A stretch of DNA of 64,000 nt from Azolla caroliniana (Eukaryota > Plantae > Polypodiophyta). Shown piece after piece: positions 52,401 through 64,000 of this stretch. The stretch covers positions 62,001 through 126,000 of the forward strand of contig JBHGNT010000006.1 of the NCBI GenBank assembly GCA_043228905.1, read 5' to 3'. Numbering within the stretch: position 1 is the first letter of the stretch; each line of letters begins with the position of its first letter. A program made the translations under genes and the position numbers. The notes below the pieces were generated by a model, which saw nothing but the letters and a program-made list of their open reading frames with translations, did not search any database and had not been told where the DNA came from.

Positions 52401-55389
52401 TTTGGTAATTTCGTCATGTCTCTCGACCTGAGTTTCAAAATCTTGATTTTTTAATTCCATATCATAGCTAGCGTTGTTAGCTTTGATTCGCATGTTTGAA
52501 CACAAAAATCCGATATCACACGAGCCAGGTATGAACATTTTAATTTACTTAAGGGCTCCTCTCAACTCACTCCTGAAATTTGGTAATTACGTCATGTCTC
52601 TCGACCTGAGTTTCAAAATCTTGATTTTTTAATTCTATATGATAGCTATTATTGTTAGCTTCCATTCGCATGTTTGAATACAAAAATCGGATATCACACG
52701 AGCCAGGTATGAACATTTTAATTTACTCAAGGACTCCTCTCAACTAACTCCTCAAATTCGGTAATTTCGTCATGTCTCTCGACCTGAGTTTCAGAATCTT
52801 GATTTTTTAATTCCATATCATAGCTAGCGTTGTTAGCTTCGATTCACATGTTTGAATATAAAAATCCGATGTCACACGAGCCAGGTATGAACATTTTAAT
52901 TTACCTACTAGCTCTTCTCAACTCACTCCTCAAATTTGGTAATTTTGTCATGTCTCTCGACCTGAGTTTCAAAATCTTGATTTTTTAATTCCATATCATA
53001 GCTAGCGTTGTTAGCTTCGATTCGCATGTTTGAATATAAAAATCCGATGTCACACGAGCCAGGTATGAACATTTTAATTTACCTACTAGCTCTTCTCAAC
53101 TGAGTTCTCAAATTTGGTAATTTCGTCATGTCTCTCGACCTGAGTTTCAAAATCTTGATTTTTTAATTCTATATGATAGCTAGCGTTGTTAGCTTCGATT
53201 CGCATGTTTGAACATAAAAATCCGATATCACACGAGCCAGGTATGAACATTTTTATTTACCTACTAGCTCTTCTCAACTCAATGCTCAAATTTGGTAATT
53301 TCGTCATGTCTCTCGACCTTAGTTTCAAAATCTTGATTTTTTAATTCTATATGATAGCTAGCGTTGTTAGCTTCGTTTCGCATGTTTGAACACAAATATC
53401 CGATATCACACGAGCCAGGTATGAACATTTTAATTTACTCAAGGGCTCCTCTCAACTCACTCCTGAAATTTGGTAATTACGTCATGTCTCTCGACCTGAG
53501 TTTCAAAATCTTGATTTTTTAATTCTATATGATAGCTAGCGTTGTTAGCTTCGATTCGCATGTTTGAACACAAAAATCCGATATCACACGAGCCAGGTAT
53601 GAACATTTTAATTTACCTACTAGCTCTTCTCAACTCAATCCTCAAATTTGGAAATTTCGTCATGTCTCTCGACCTGAGTTTCAAAATCTTGATTTTTTAA
53701 TTCCATATCATAGCTAGCGTTGTTAGCTTCGATTCGCATGTTTGTACACAAAAATCTGATATCACACGAGCCAGGTATGAACATTTTTATTTACCTACTA
53801 GCTCTTCTCAACTCACTCCTCAAATTTGGTAATTACGTCATGTCTCTCGAGCTGAGTTTCAAAATCTTGATTTTTTAATTCTATATGATAGCTAGGGTTG
53901 TTAGCTTCGATTCGCATGTTTGAACATAAAAATCCGATATCACACGAGCCAGGTATGAACATTTTTATTTACCTACTAGCTCTTCTCAACTCAATGCTCA
54001 AATTTGGTAATTACGTCATGTCTCTCGAGCTGAGTTTCAAAATCTTGATTTTTTAATTCTATATGATAGCTAGCATTGTTAGCTTCGAATCGCATGTTTG
54101 AATACAAAAATCCGATATCACACGAGCCAGGTATGAACATTTTAATTTACTCAAGGACTCTTCTCAACTGAATGCTCAAATTTGGTAATTTCGTCATGTC
54201 TCTCGACCTGAGTTTCAAAATCTTGATTTTTTAATTCCATATCATAGCTAGCGTTGTTAGCTTCGATTCGCATGTTTGTACACAAAAATCTGATATCACA
54301 CGAGCCAGGTATGAACATTTTTATTTACCTACTAGCTCTTCTTAACTCACTCCTCAAATTTGGTAATTACGTCATGTCTCTCGAGCTGATTTTCAAAATC
54401 TTGATTTTTTAATTCTATATGATAGCTAGCATTGTTTGCTTCCATTCGCATGTTTGAATACAAAAATCCGATATCTCACGAGCCAGGTATGAACATTTTA
54501 ATTTACTCAAGGACTCCTCTCAACTTACTCCTCAAATTTGGTAATTACCTCATGTCTCTCGACCTGAGTTTCAAAATCTTGATTTTTTAATTCTATATGA
54601 TAGCTAGCGTTGTTAGCTTCGATTCGCATGTTTGAACACAAAAATCCGATATCACACGAGCCAGGTATGAACATTTTAATTTACCTACTAGCTCTTCTCA
54701 ACTCACTCCTCAAATTTGGTAATTTCTTCATGTCTCTCGACCTGAGTTTCAAAATGTTGATTTTCTTATTCCATATCATAGCTAGCGTTGTTAGCTTCGA
54801 TTCGCATGTTTGAACACAAAAATCCGATATCACACGAGCCAGGTATGAACATTTTAATTTACTTAAGGGCTCCTCTCAACTCACTCCTCAAATTTGGTAA
54901 TTACGTGATGTCTCTCGACCTGAGTTTCAAAATCTTGATTTTTTAATTCTATATGATAGCTAGCGTTATTAGCTTCGATTCGCATGTTTGAACACAAAAA
55001 TCCGATATCACACGAGCCAGGTATGAACATTTTAATTTACCTACTAGCTCTTCTCAACTCAATCCTCAAATTTGGAAATTTCGTCATGTCTCTCGACCTG
55101 AGTTTCAAAATCTTGATTTTTTAATTCCATATCATAGCTAGCGTTGTTAGGCTCGATTCGCATGTTTGTACACAAAAATCTGATATCACACGAGCCAGGT
55201 ATGAACATTTTTATTTACCTACTAGCTCTTCTCAACTGAATGCTCAAATTTGGTAATTTCTTCATGTCTCTCGACCTGAGTTTCAAAATCTTGATTTTTT
55301 AATTCCATATCATAGCTAGCGTTGTTAGCTTCGATTCGCATGTTTGAACACAAAAATCCGATATCACACGAGCCAGGTATGAACATTTT
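46464..55389 (+). repeat. 25-monomer tandem duplication (period 4450 bp), near-identical copies
   Basis: Rare variants cctgagattc 46731/51181, cttcgtttcg 48921/53371, gctagggttg 49441/53891, attgtttgct 49981/54431, gctcgattcg 50701/55151; ORFs 50160/54610. Confidence 0.93.
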
Positions 55390-58300
55390 TATTTACCTAC
55401 TAGCTCTTCTTAACTCACTCCTCAAATTTGGTAATTTCTTCATGTCTCTCGACATGAGTTTCAAAATGTTGATTTTTTTATTCCATATCATAGCTAGTGT
55501 TGTTAGCTTCGATTCGCATGTTTGAACACAAAAATCCGATATCACACGAGCCTGGTATGAACATTTTAATTTACTTAAGGGCTCCTCTCAACTCACTCCT
55601 CAAATTTGGTAATTACGTCATGTCTCTCGACCTGAGTTTCAAAATCTTGATTTTTTAATTCTATATGATAGCTAGCGTTGTTAGCTTCGATTCGCATGTT
55701 TGAACACAAAAATCCGATATCACACGAGGCAGGTATGAACATTTTAATTTACCTACTAGCTCTTCTGAACTCAATCCTCAAATTTGGTAATTTCGTCATG
55801 TCTCTCGACCTGAGTTTCAAAATCTTGATTTTTTAATTCCATATCATAGCTAGCGTTGTTAGCTTCGATTCGCATGTTTGTACACAAAAATCTGATATCA
55901 CACCAGCCAGGTATGAACATTTTTATTTTCCTACTAGCTCTTCTCAACTCACTCCTCAAATTTGGTAATTACGTCATGTCTCTCGAGCTGATTTTCAAAA
56001 TCTTGATTTTTTAATTCTATATGATAGCTAGCATTGTTAGCTTCGATTCGCATGTTTGAATACAAAAATCCGATATCACACGAGCCAGGTATGAACATTT
56101 TAATTTACTCAAGGACTCCTCTCAACTAACTCCTCAAATTTGGTAATTTCGTCATGTCTCTCGACCTGAGTTTCAAAATCTTGATTTTTTAATTCCATAT
56201 CATAGCTAGCGTTGTTAGCTTCGATTCGCATGTTTGAATATAAAAATCCGATGTCACACGAGCCAGGTATGAACATTTTAATTTACCTACTAGCTCTTCT
56301 CAACTCACTCCTCAAATTTGGTAATTTTGTCATGTCTCTCGACCTGAGTTACAGAATCTTGATTTTTTAATTCCATATCATAGCTAGCGTTGTTAGCTTC
56401 GATTCGCATGTTTGAACACAAAAATCCGATATCACACGAGCCAGGTATGAATATTTTTATTTACCTACTAGCTCTTCTCAACTGACTCCTCAAATTTGGT
56501 AATTTCGTCATGTCTCTCGACCTGAGTTTCAAAATCTTGATTTTTTAATTCTATATGATAGCTAGCGTTGTTAGCTTCGATTCGCATGTTTGAACATAAA
56601 AATCCGATATCACACGAGCCAGGTATGAACATTTTTATTTACCTACTAGCTCTTCTCAACTCAATGCTCAAATTTGGTAATTTCGTCATGTCTCTCGACC
56701 TTAGTTTCAAAATCTTGATTTTTTAATTCCATATCATAGCTAGCGTTGTTAGCTTCGATTCGCATGTTTGAACACAAATATCCGATATCACACGAGCCAG
56801 GTATGAACATTTTAATTTACTCAAGGGCTCCTCTCAACTCACTCCTGAAATTTGGTAATTACGTCATGTCTCTCGACCTGAGTTTCAAAATCTTGATTTT
56901 TTAATTCTATATGATAGCTAGCGTTGTTAGCTTCGATTCGCATGTTTGAACACAAAAATCCGATATCACACGAGCCAGGTATGAACATTTTAATTTACCT
57001 ACTAGCTCTTCTCAACTCAATCCTCAAATTTGGAAATTTCGTCATGTCTCTCGACCTGAGTTTCAAAATCTTGATTTTTTAATTCCATATCATAGCTAGC
57101 GTTGTTAGCTTCGATTCGCATGTTTGTACACAAAAATCTGATATCACACGAGCCAGGTATGAACATTTTTATTTACCTACTAGCTCTTCTCAACTCACTC
57201 CTCAAATTTGGTAATTACGTCATGTCTCTCGAGCTGAGTTTCAAAATCTTGATTTTTTAATTCTATATGATAGCTAGCGTTGTTAGCTTCGATTCGCATG
57301 TTTGAACACAAAAATCCGATATCACACGAGCCAGGTATGAACATTTTTATTTACCTACTAGCTCTTCTGAACTCAATGCTCAAATTTGGTAATTTCGTCA
57401 TGTCTCTCGACCTGAGTTTCAAAATCTTGATTTTTTAATTCCATATCATAGCTAGCGTTGTTAGCTTTGATTCGCATGTTTGAACACAAAAATCCGATAT
57501 CACACGAGCCAGGTATGAACATTTTAATTTACTTAAGGGCTCCTCTCAACTCACTCCTGAAATTTGGTAATTACGTCATGTCTCTCGACCTGAGTTTCAA
57601 AATCTTGATTTTTTAATTCTATATGATAGCTAGCATTGTTAGCTTCCATTCGCATGTTTGAATACAAAAATCGGATATCACACGAGCCAGGTATGAACAT
57701 TTTAATTTACTCAAGGACTCCTCTCAACTGACTCCTCAAATTCGGTAATTTCGTCATGTCTCTCGACCTGAGTTTCAGAATCTTGATTTTTTAATTCCAT
57801 ATCATAGCTAGCGTTGTTAGCTTCGATTGGCATGTTTGAATATAAAAATCCGATGTCACACGAGCCAGGTATGAACATTTTAATTTACCTACTAGCTCTT
57901 CTCAACTCACTCCTCAAATTTGGTAATTTTGTCATGTCTCTCGACCTGAGTTTCAAAATCTTGATTTTTTAATTCCATATCATAGCTAGCGTTGTTAGCT
58001 TCGATTCGCATGTTTGAATATAAAAATCCGATGTCACACGAGCCAGGTATGAACATTTTAATTTACTTAAGGGCTCCTCTCAACTCACTCCTGAAATTTG
58101 GTAATTACGTCATGTCTCTCGACCTGAGTTTCAAAATCTTGATTTTTTAATTCTATATGATAGCTAGCGTTGTTAGCTTCGTTTCGCATGTTTGAACACA
58201 AAAATCCGATATCACACGAGCCAGGTATGAACATTTTAATTTACCTACTAGCTCTTCTCAACTCAATCCTCAAATTTGGAAATTTCGTCATGTCTCTCGA

Positions 58301-61300
58301 CCTGAGTTTCAAAATCTTGATTTTTTAATTCCATATCATAGCTAGCGTTGTTAGCTTCGATTCGCATGTTTGTACACAAAAATCTGATATCACACGAGCC
58401 AGGTATGAACATTTTTATTTACCTACTAGCTCTTCTCAACTCACTCCTCAAATTTGGTAATTACGTCATGTCTCTCGAGCTGAGTTTCAAAATCTTGATT
58501 TTTTAATTCTATATGATAGCTAGCGTTGTTAGCTTCGATTCGCATGTTTGAACACAAAAATCCGATATCACACGAGCCAGGTATGAACATTTTTATTTAC
58601 CTACTAGCTCTTCTCAACTAACTCCTCAAATTTGGTAATTTCGTCATGTCTCTCGACCTGAGTTTCAAAATCTTGATTTTTTAATTCCATATCATAGCTA
58701 GCGTTGTTAGCTTTGATTCGCATGTTTGAACACAAAAATCCGATCTCACACGAGCCAGGTATGAACATTTTAATTTACTTAAGGGCTCCTCTCAACTCAC
58801 TCCTGAAATTTGGTAATTACGTCATGTCTCTCGACCTGAGTTTCAAAATCTTGATTTTTTAATTCTATATGATAGCTAGCGTTGTTAGCTTCGATTCGCA
58901 TGTTTGAACACAAAAATCCGATATCACACGAGCCAGGTATGAACATTTTAATTTACCTACTAGCTCTTCTCAACTCAATCCTCAAATTTGGAAATTTCGT
59001 CATGTCTCTCGACCTGAGTTTCAAAATCCTGATTTTTTAATTCCATATCATAGCTAGCGTTGTTAGCTTCGATTCGCATGTTTGTACACAAAAATCTGAT
59101 ATCACACGAGCCAGGTATGAACATTTTTATTTACCTACTAGCTCTTCTTAACTCACTCCTCAAATTTGGTAATTACGTCATGTCTCTCGAGCTGATTTTC
59201 AAAATCTTGATTTTTTAATTCTATATGATAGCTAGCATTGTTAGCTTCCATTCGCATGTTTGAATACAAAAATCCGATATCACACGAGCCAGGTATGAAC
59301 ATTTTAATTTACTCAAGGACTCCTCTCAACTAACTCCTCAAATTTGGTAATTTCGTCATGTCTCTCGACCTGAGTTTCAGAATCTTGATTTTTTAATTCC
59401 ATATCATAGCTAGCGTTGTTAGCTTCGATTCGCATGTTTGAATATAAAAATCCGATGTCACACGAGCCAGGTATGAACATTTTAATTTACCTACTAGCTC
59501 TTCTCAACTCACTCCTCAAATTTGGTAATTTTGTCATGTCTCTCGACCTTAGTTTCAGAATCTTGATTTTTTAATTCCATATCATAGCTAGCGTTGTTAG
59601 CTTCGATTCGCATGTTTGAACACAAATATCCGATATCACACGAGCCAGGTATGAACATTTTAATTTACTCAAGGGCTCCTCTCAACTCACTCCTGAAATT
59701 TGGTAATTTCGTCATGTCTCTCGACCTGAGTTTCAAAATCTTGAATTTTTAATTCCATATCATAGCTAGCGTTGTTAGCTTCGATTCGCATGTTTGAACA
59801 CAAAAATCCGATATCACACGAGCCAGGTATGAACATTTTAATTTCCCTACTAGCTCTTCTCAACTCACTCCTCAAATTTGGTAATTTCTTCATGTCTCTC
59901 GACCTGAGTTTCAAAATGTTGATTTTCTTATTCCATATCATAGCTAGCGTTGTTAGCTTCGATTCGCATGTTTCAACACAAAAATCCGATATCACACGAG
60001 CCAGGTATGAACATTTTAATTTACTTAAGGGCTCCTTTCAACTCACTCCTCAAATTTGGTAATTACGTAATGTCTCTCGACCTGAGTTTCAAAATCTTGA
60101 TTTTTTAATTCTATATGATAGCTAGCGTTGTTAGCTTCGATTCGCATGTTTGAACACAAAAATCCGATATCACACGAGCCAGGTATGAACATTTTAATTT
60201 ACCTACTAGCTCTTCTCAACTCAATCCTCAAATTTGGTAATTTTGTCATGTCTCTCGACCTGAGTTTCAGAATCTTGATTTTTTAATTCCATATCATAGC
60301 TAGCGTTGTTAGCTTCGATTCGCATGTTTGAACACAAAAATCCGATATCACACGAGCCAGGTATGAATATTTTTATTTACCTACTAGCTCTTCTCAACTG
60401 ACTCCTCAAATTTGGTAATTTCGTCATGTCTCTCGACCTGAGTTTCAAAATCTTGATTTTTTAATTCTATATGATAGCTAGCGTTGTCAGCTTCAATTCG
60501 CATGTTTGTACACAAAAATCTGATATCACACGAGCCAGGTATGAACATTTTTATTTACCTACTAGCTCTTCTCAACTGAATGCTCAAATTTGGTAATTTC
60601 GTCATGTCTCTCGACCTGAGTTTCAAAATCTTGATTTTTTAATTCCATATCATAGCTAGCGTTGTTAGCTTCGATTCGCATGTTTGTACACAAAAATCTG
60701 ATATCACACGAGCCAGGTATGAACATTTTTATTTACCTACTAGCTCTTCTTAACTTACTCCTCAAATTTGGTAATTACGTCATGTCTCTCGAGCTGATTT
60801 TCAAAATCTTGATTTTTTAATTCTATATGATAGCTAGCATTGTTAGCTTCCATTCGCATGTTTGAATACAAAAATCCGATATCACACGAGCCAGGTATGA
60901 ACATTTTAATTTACTCAAGGACTCCTCTCAACTGACTCCTCAAATTTGGTAATTTCGTCATGTCTCTCGACCTGAGTTTCAGAATCTTGATTTTTTAATT
61001 CCATATCATAGCTAGCGTTGTTAGCTTCGATTCGCATGTTTGAATATAAAAATCCGATGTCACACGAGCCAGGTATGAACATTTTAATTTACCTACTAGC
61101 TCTTCTCAACTCACTCCTCAAATTTGGTAATTTTGTCATGTCTCTCGACCTGAGTTTCAGAATCTTGATTTTTTAATTCTATATGATAGCTAGCGTTGTT
61201 AGCTTCGATTCGCATGTTTGAACACAAAAATCCGATATCACACGAGCCAGGTATGAACATTTTAATTTACCTACTAGCTCTTCTCAACTCACTCCTCAAA

Positions 61301-64000
61301 TTTGGTAATTTTGTCATGTCTCTCGACCTGAGTTTCAAAATCTTGATTTTTTAATTCTATATGATAGCTAGCGTTGTTAGCTTCGATTCGCATGTTTGAA
61401 CACAAAAATCCGATATCACACGAGCCAGGTATGAACATTTTAATTTACCTACTAGCTCTTCTCAACTCACTCCTCAAATTTGGTAATTTCTTCATGTCTC
61501 TCGACCTGAGTTTCAAAATGTTGATTTTCTTATTCCATATCATAGCTAGCGTTATTAGCTTCGATTCGCATGTTTGAACACAAAAATCCGAAATCACACG
61601 AGCCAGGTATGAACATTTTAATTTACTTAAGGGCTCCTCTCAACTCACTCCTCAAATTTGGTAATTTCGTCATGTCTCTCGACCTGAGTTTCAAAATCTT
61701 GATTTTTTAATTCCATATCATAGCTAGCGTTGTTAGCTTCGATTCGCATGTTTGAACACAAAAATATGATATCACACGAGCCAGGTATGAACATTTTAAT
61801 TTACCTACTAGCTCTTCTCAACTCAATCCTCAAATTTGGAAATTTCGTCATGTCTCTCGACCTGAGTTTCAAAATCTTGATTTTTTAATTCTATATGATA
61901 GCTAGCGTTGTTAGCTTCGATTCGCATGTTTGTACACAAAAATCTGATATCACACGAGCCAGGTATGAACATTTTTATTTACCTACTAGCTCTTCTCAAC
62001 TGAATGCTCAAATTTGGTAATTTCGTCATGTCTCTCGACCTGAGTTTCAAAATCTTGATTTTTTAATTCCATATCATAGCTAGCGTTGTTAGCTTCGATT
62101 CGCATGTTTGTACACAAAAATCTAATATCACACGAGCCAGGTATGAACATTTTTATTTACCTACTAGCTCTTCTCAACTGAATGCTCAAATTTGGTAATT
62201 TCGTCATGTCTCTCGACCTGAGTTTCAAAATCTTGATTTTTTAATTCCATATCATAGCTAGCGTTGTTAGCTTCGATTCGCATGTTTGTACACAAAAATC
62301 TGATATCACACGAGCCAGGTATGAACATTTTTATTTACCTACTAGCTCTTCTTAACTCACTCCTCAAATTTGGTAATTACGTCATGTCTCTCGAGCTGAT
62401 TTTCAAAATCTTGATTTTTTAATTGTATATGATAGCTAGCATTGTTAGCTTCCATTCGCATGTTTGAATACAAAAATCCGATATCACACGAGCCAGGTAT
62501 GAACATTTTAATTTACTCAAGGACTCCTCTCAACTGACTCCTCAAATTTGGTAATTTCGTCATGTCTCTCGACCTGAGTTTCAGAATCTTGATTTTTTAA
62601 TTCCATATCATAGCTAGCGTTGTTAGCTTCGATTCGCATGTTTGAATATAAAAATCCGATGTCACACGAGCCAGGTATGAACATTTTAATTTACCTACTA
62701 GCTCTTCTCAACTCACTCCTCAAATTTGGTAATTTTGTCATGTCTCTCGACCTGAGTTTCAAAATCTTGATTTTTTAATTCCATATCATAGCTAGCGTTG
62801 TTAGCTTCGATTCGCATGTTTGAACACAAAAATCCGATATCACACGAGCCAGGTATGAACATTTTAATTTCCCTACTAGCTCTTCTCAACTCACTCCTCA
62901 AATTTGGTAATTTCTTCATGTCTCTCGACCTGAGTTTCAAAATGTTGATTTTCTTATTCCATATCTTAGCTAGCGTTGTTAGCTTCGATTCGCCTGTTTG
63001 TACACAAAAATCCGATATCACACGAGCCAGGTATGAACATTTTAATTTACTTAAGGGCTCCTCTCAACTCACTCCTCAAATTTGGTAATTACGTCATGTC
63101 TCTCGACCGGAGTTTCAAAATCTTGATTTTTTAATTCCATATCATAGCTAGCGTTATTAGCTTCGATTTGCATGTTTGAACACAAATATCCGATATCACA
63201 CGAGCCAGGTATAAACATTTTTATTTACCTACTAGCTCTTCTTAACTCACTCCTCAAATTTGGTAATTACGTCATGTCTCTCGAGCTGATTTTCAAAATC
63301 TTGATTTTTTAATTCTATATGATAGCTAGCATTGTTAGCTTCCATTCGCATGTTTGAATACAAAAATCCGATATCACACGAGCCAGGTATGAACATTTTA
63401 ATTTACTCAAGGACTCCTCTCAACTAACTCCTCAAATTTGGTAATTTCGTCATGTCTCTCGACCTGAGTTTCAGAATCTTGATTTTTTAATTCCATATCA
63501 TAGCTAGCGTTGTTAGCTTCGATTCGCATGTTTGAATATAAAAATCCGATGTCACACGAGCCAGGTATGAACATTTTAATTTACCTACTAGCTCTTCTCA
63601 ACTCACTCCTCAAATTTGGTAATTTTGTCATGTCTCTCGACTTGAGTTTCAGAATCTTTATTTTTTAATTCCATATCATAGCTAGCGTTGTTAGCTTCGA
63701 TTCGCATGTTTGAACACAAAAATCCGATATCACACGAGCCAGGTATGAATATTTTAATTTACTCAAGGACTCCTCTCAACTGACTCCTCAAATTTGGTAA
63801 TTTCGTCATGTCTCTCGACCTGAGTTTCAGAATCTTGATTTTTTAATTCTATATGATAGCTAGCGTTGTTAGCTTCGATTCGCATGTTTGAACACAAAAA
63901 TCCGATATCACACGAGCCAGGTATGAACATTTTTATTTACCTACTAGCTCTTCTCAACTCAATGCTCAAATTTGGTAATTTCGTCATGTCTCTCGACCTG

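Larger units (their letters stand above)
1..64000 (+). repeat. 178-bp tandem satellite array, ~360 head-to-tail monomers, single orientation, probably centromeric or pericentromeric; extends beyond both window edges
   Basis: The aggtatgaac motif recurs at 1, 179, 357 and onward with period 178. Spacings between + strand ORF starts are multiples of 178 except across five indels. 360x178+82-162=64000 matches the monomer phase (position 82) at the last base. The centromeric assignment is inferred from unit length and homogeneity only. Confidence 0.98.

Noticed and set aside
731-63021. Seven minus-strand ORFs of 61-102 aa
   Set aside because: These are chance stop-codon losses or, at 34738-34947, a product of the 50-bp deletion. 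All are satellite translations.
660-63088. About 43 repeated 67-96 aa + strand ORFs (MLASIRMFEHK...) resembling a small hydrophobic protein family
   Set aside because: They start at TTG at the same monomer position, span just over one monomer, and exist only where a variant removes the TAA at positions 104-106. Hydrophobicity reflects T-tracts. There is no gene context or sign of coding constraint.
1-64000. CRISPR array or repeat-plus-variable-cassette system
   Set aside because: There are no unique spacers; the variable segment has only a handful of related alleles; the entire unit is repeated; no cas or recombinase genes are present.
1-64000. Transposon insertions, inversions or telomeric repeats
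   Set aside because: None seen. Register accounting (five indels summing to 162 bp) leaves no sign of foreign sequence, and the orientation never switches.

Overview
The whole 64 kb window is one uninterrupted head-to-tail array of a 178-bp, ~36% GC satellite, all in one orientation (about 360 monomers). Its architecture is typical of a eukaryotic centromeric or pericentromeric array, but I do not recognise the family or organism. Consensus, numbered from window base 1: aggtatgaacattttaatttacctactagctcttctcaactcactcctcaaatttggtaattacgtcatgtctctcgacctgagtttcaaaatcttgattttttaattctatatgatagctagcgttgttagcttcgattcgcatgtttgaacacaaaaatccgatatcacacgagcc. I found no credible genes, RNA genes, transposons or CRISPR arrays; the ORFs in the track are by-products of monomer variants that lose a stop codon. 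The 178-bp register is broken only five times (net -81, -50, -25, -3, -3 bp), and this sum of 162 bp exactly accounts for the phase at the window end. The information lies in higher-order structure: (1) a chain of recent in-register two-copy tandem duplications of 21, 3, 20, 13, 29, 17 and 25 monomers; (2) an older recurring ~5-monomer order of monomer types; (3) a left-to-right change in subfamily variants at ~35-45 kb; (4) likely gene-conversion and CpG-deamination footprints; (5) evidence that the monomer is itself an ancient diverged dimer of ~81 and ~97 bp. All comparisons were made by eye, so boundaries and SNP counts are approximate.
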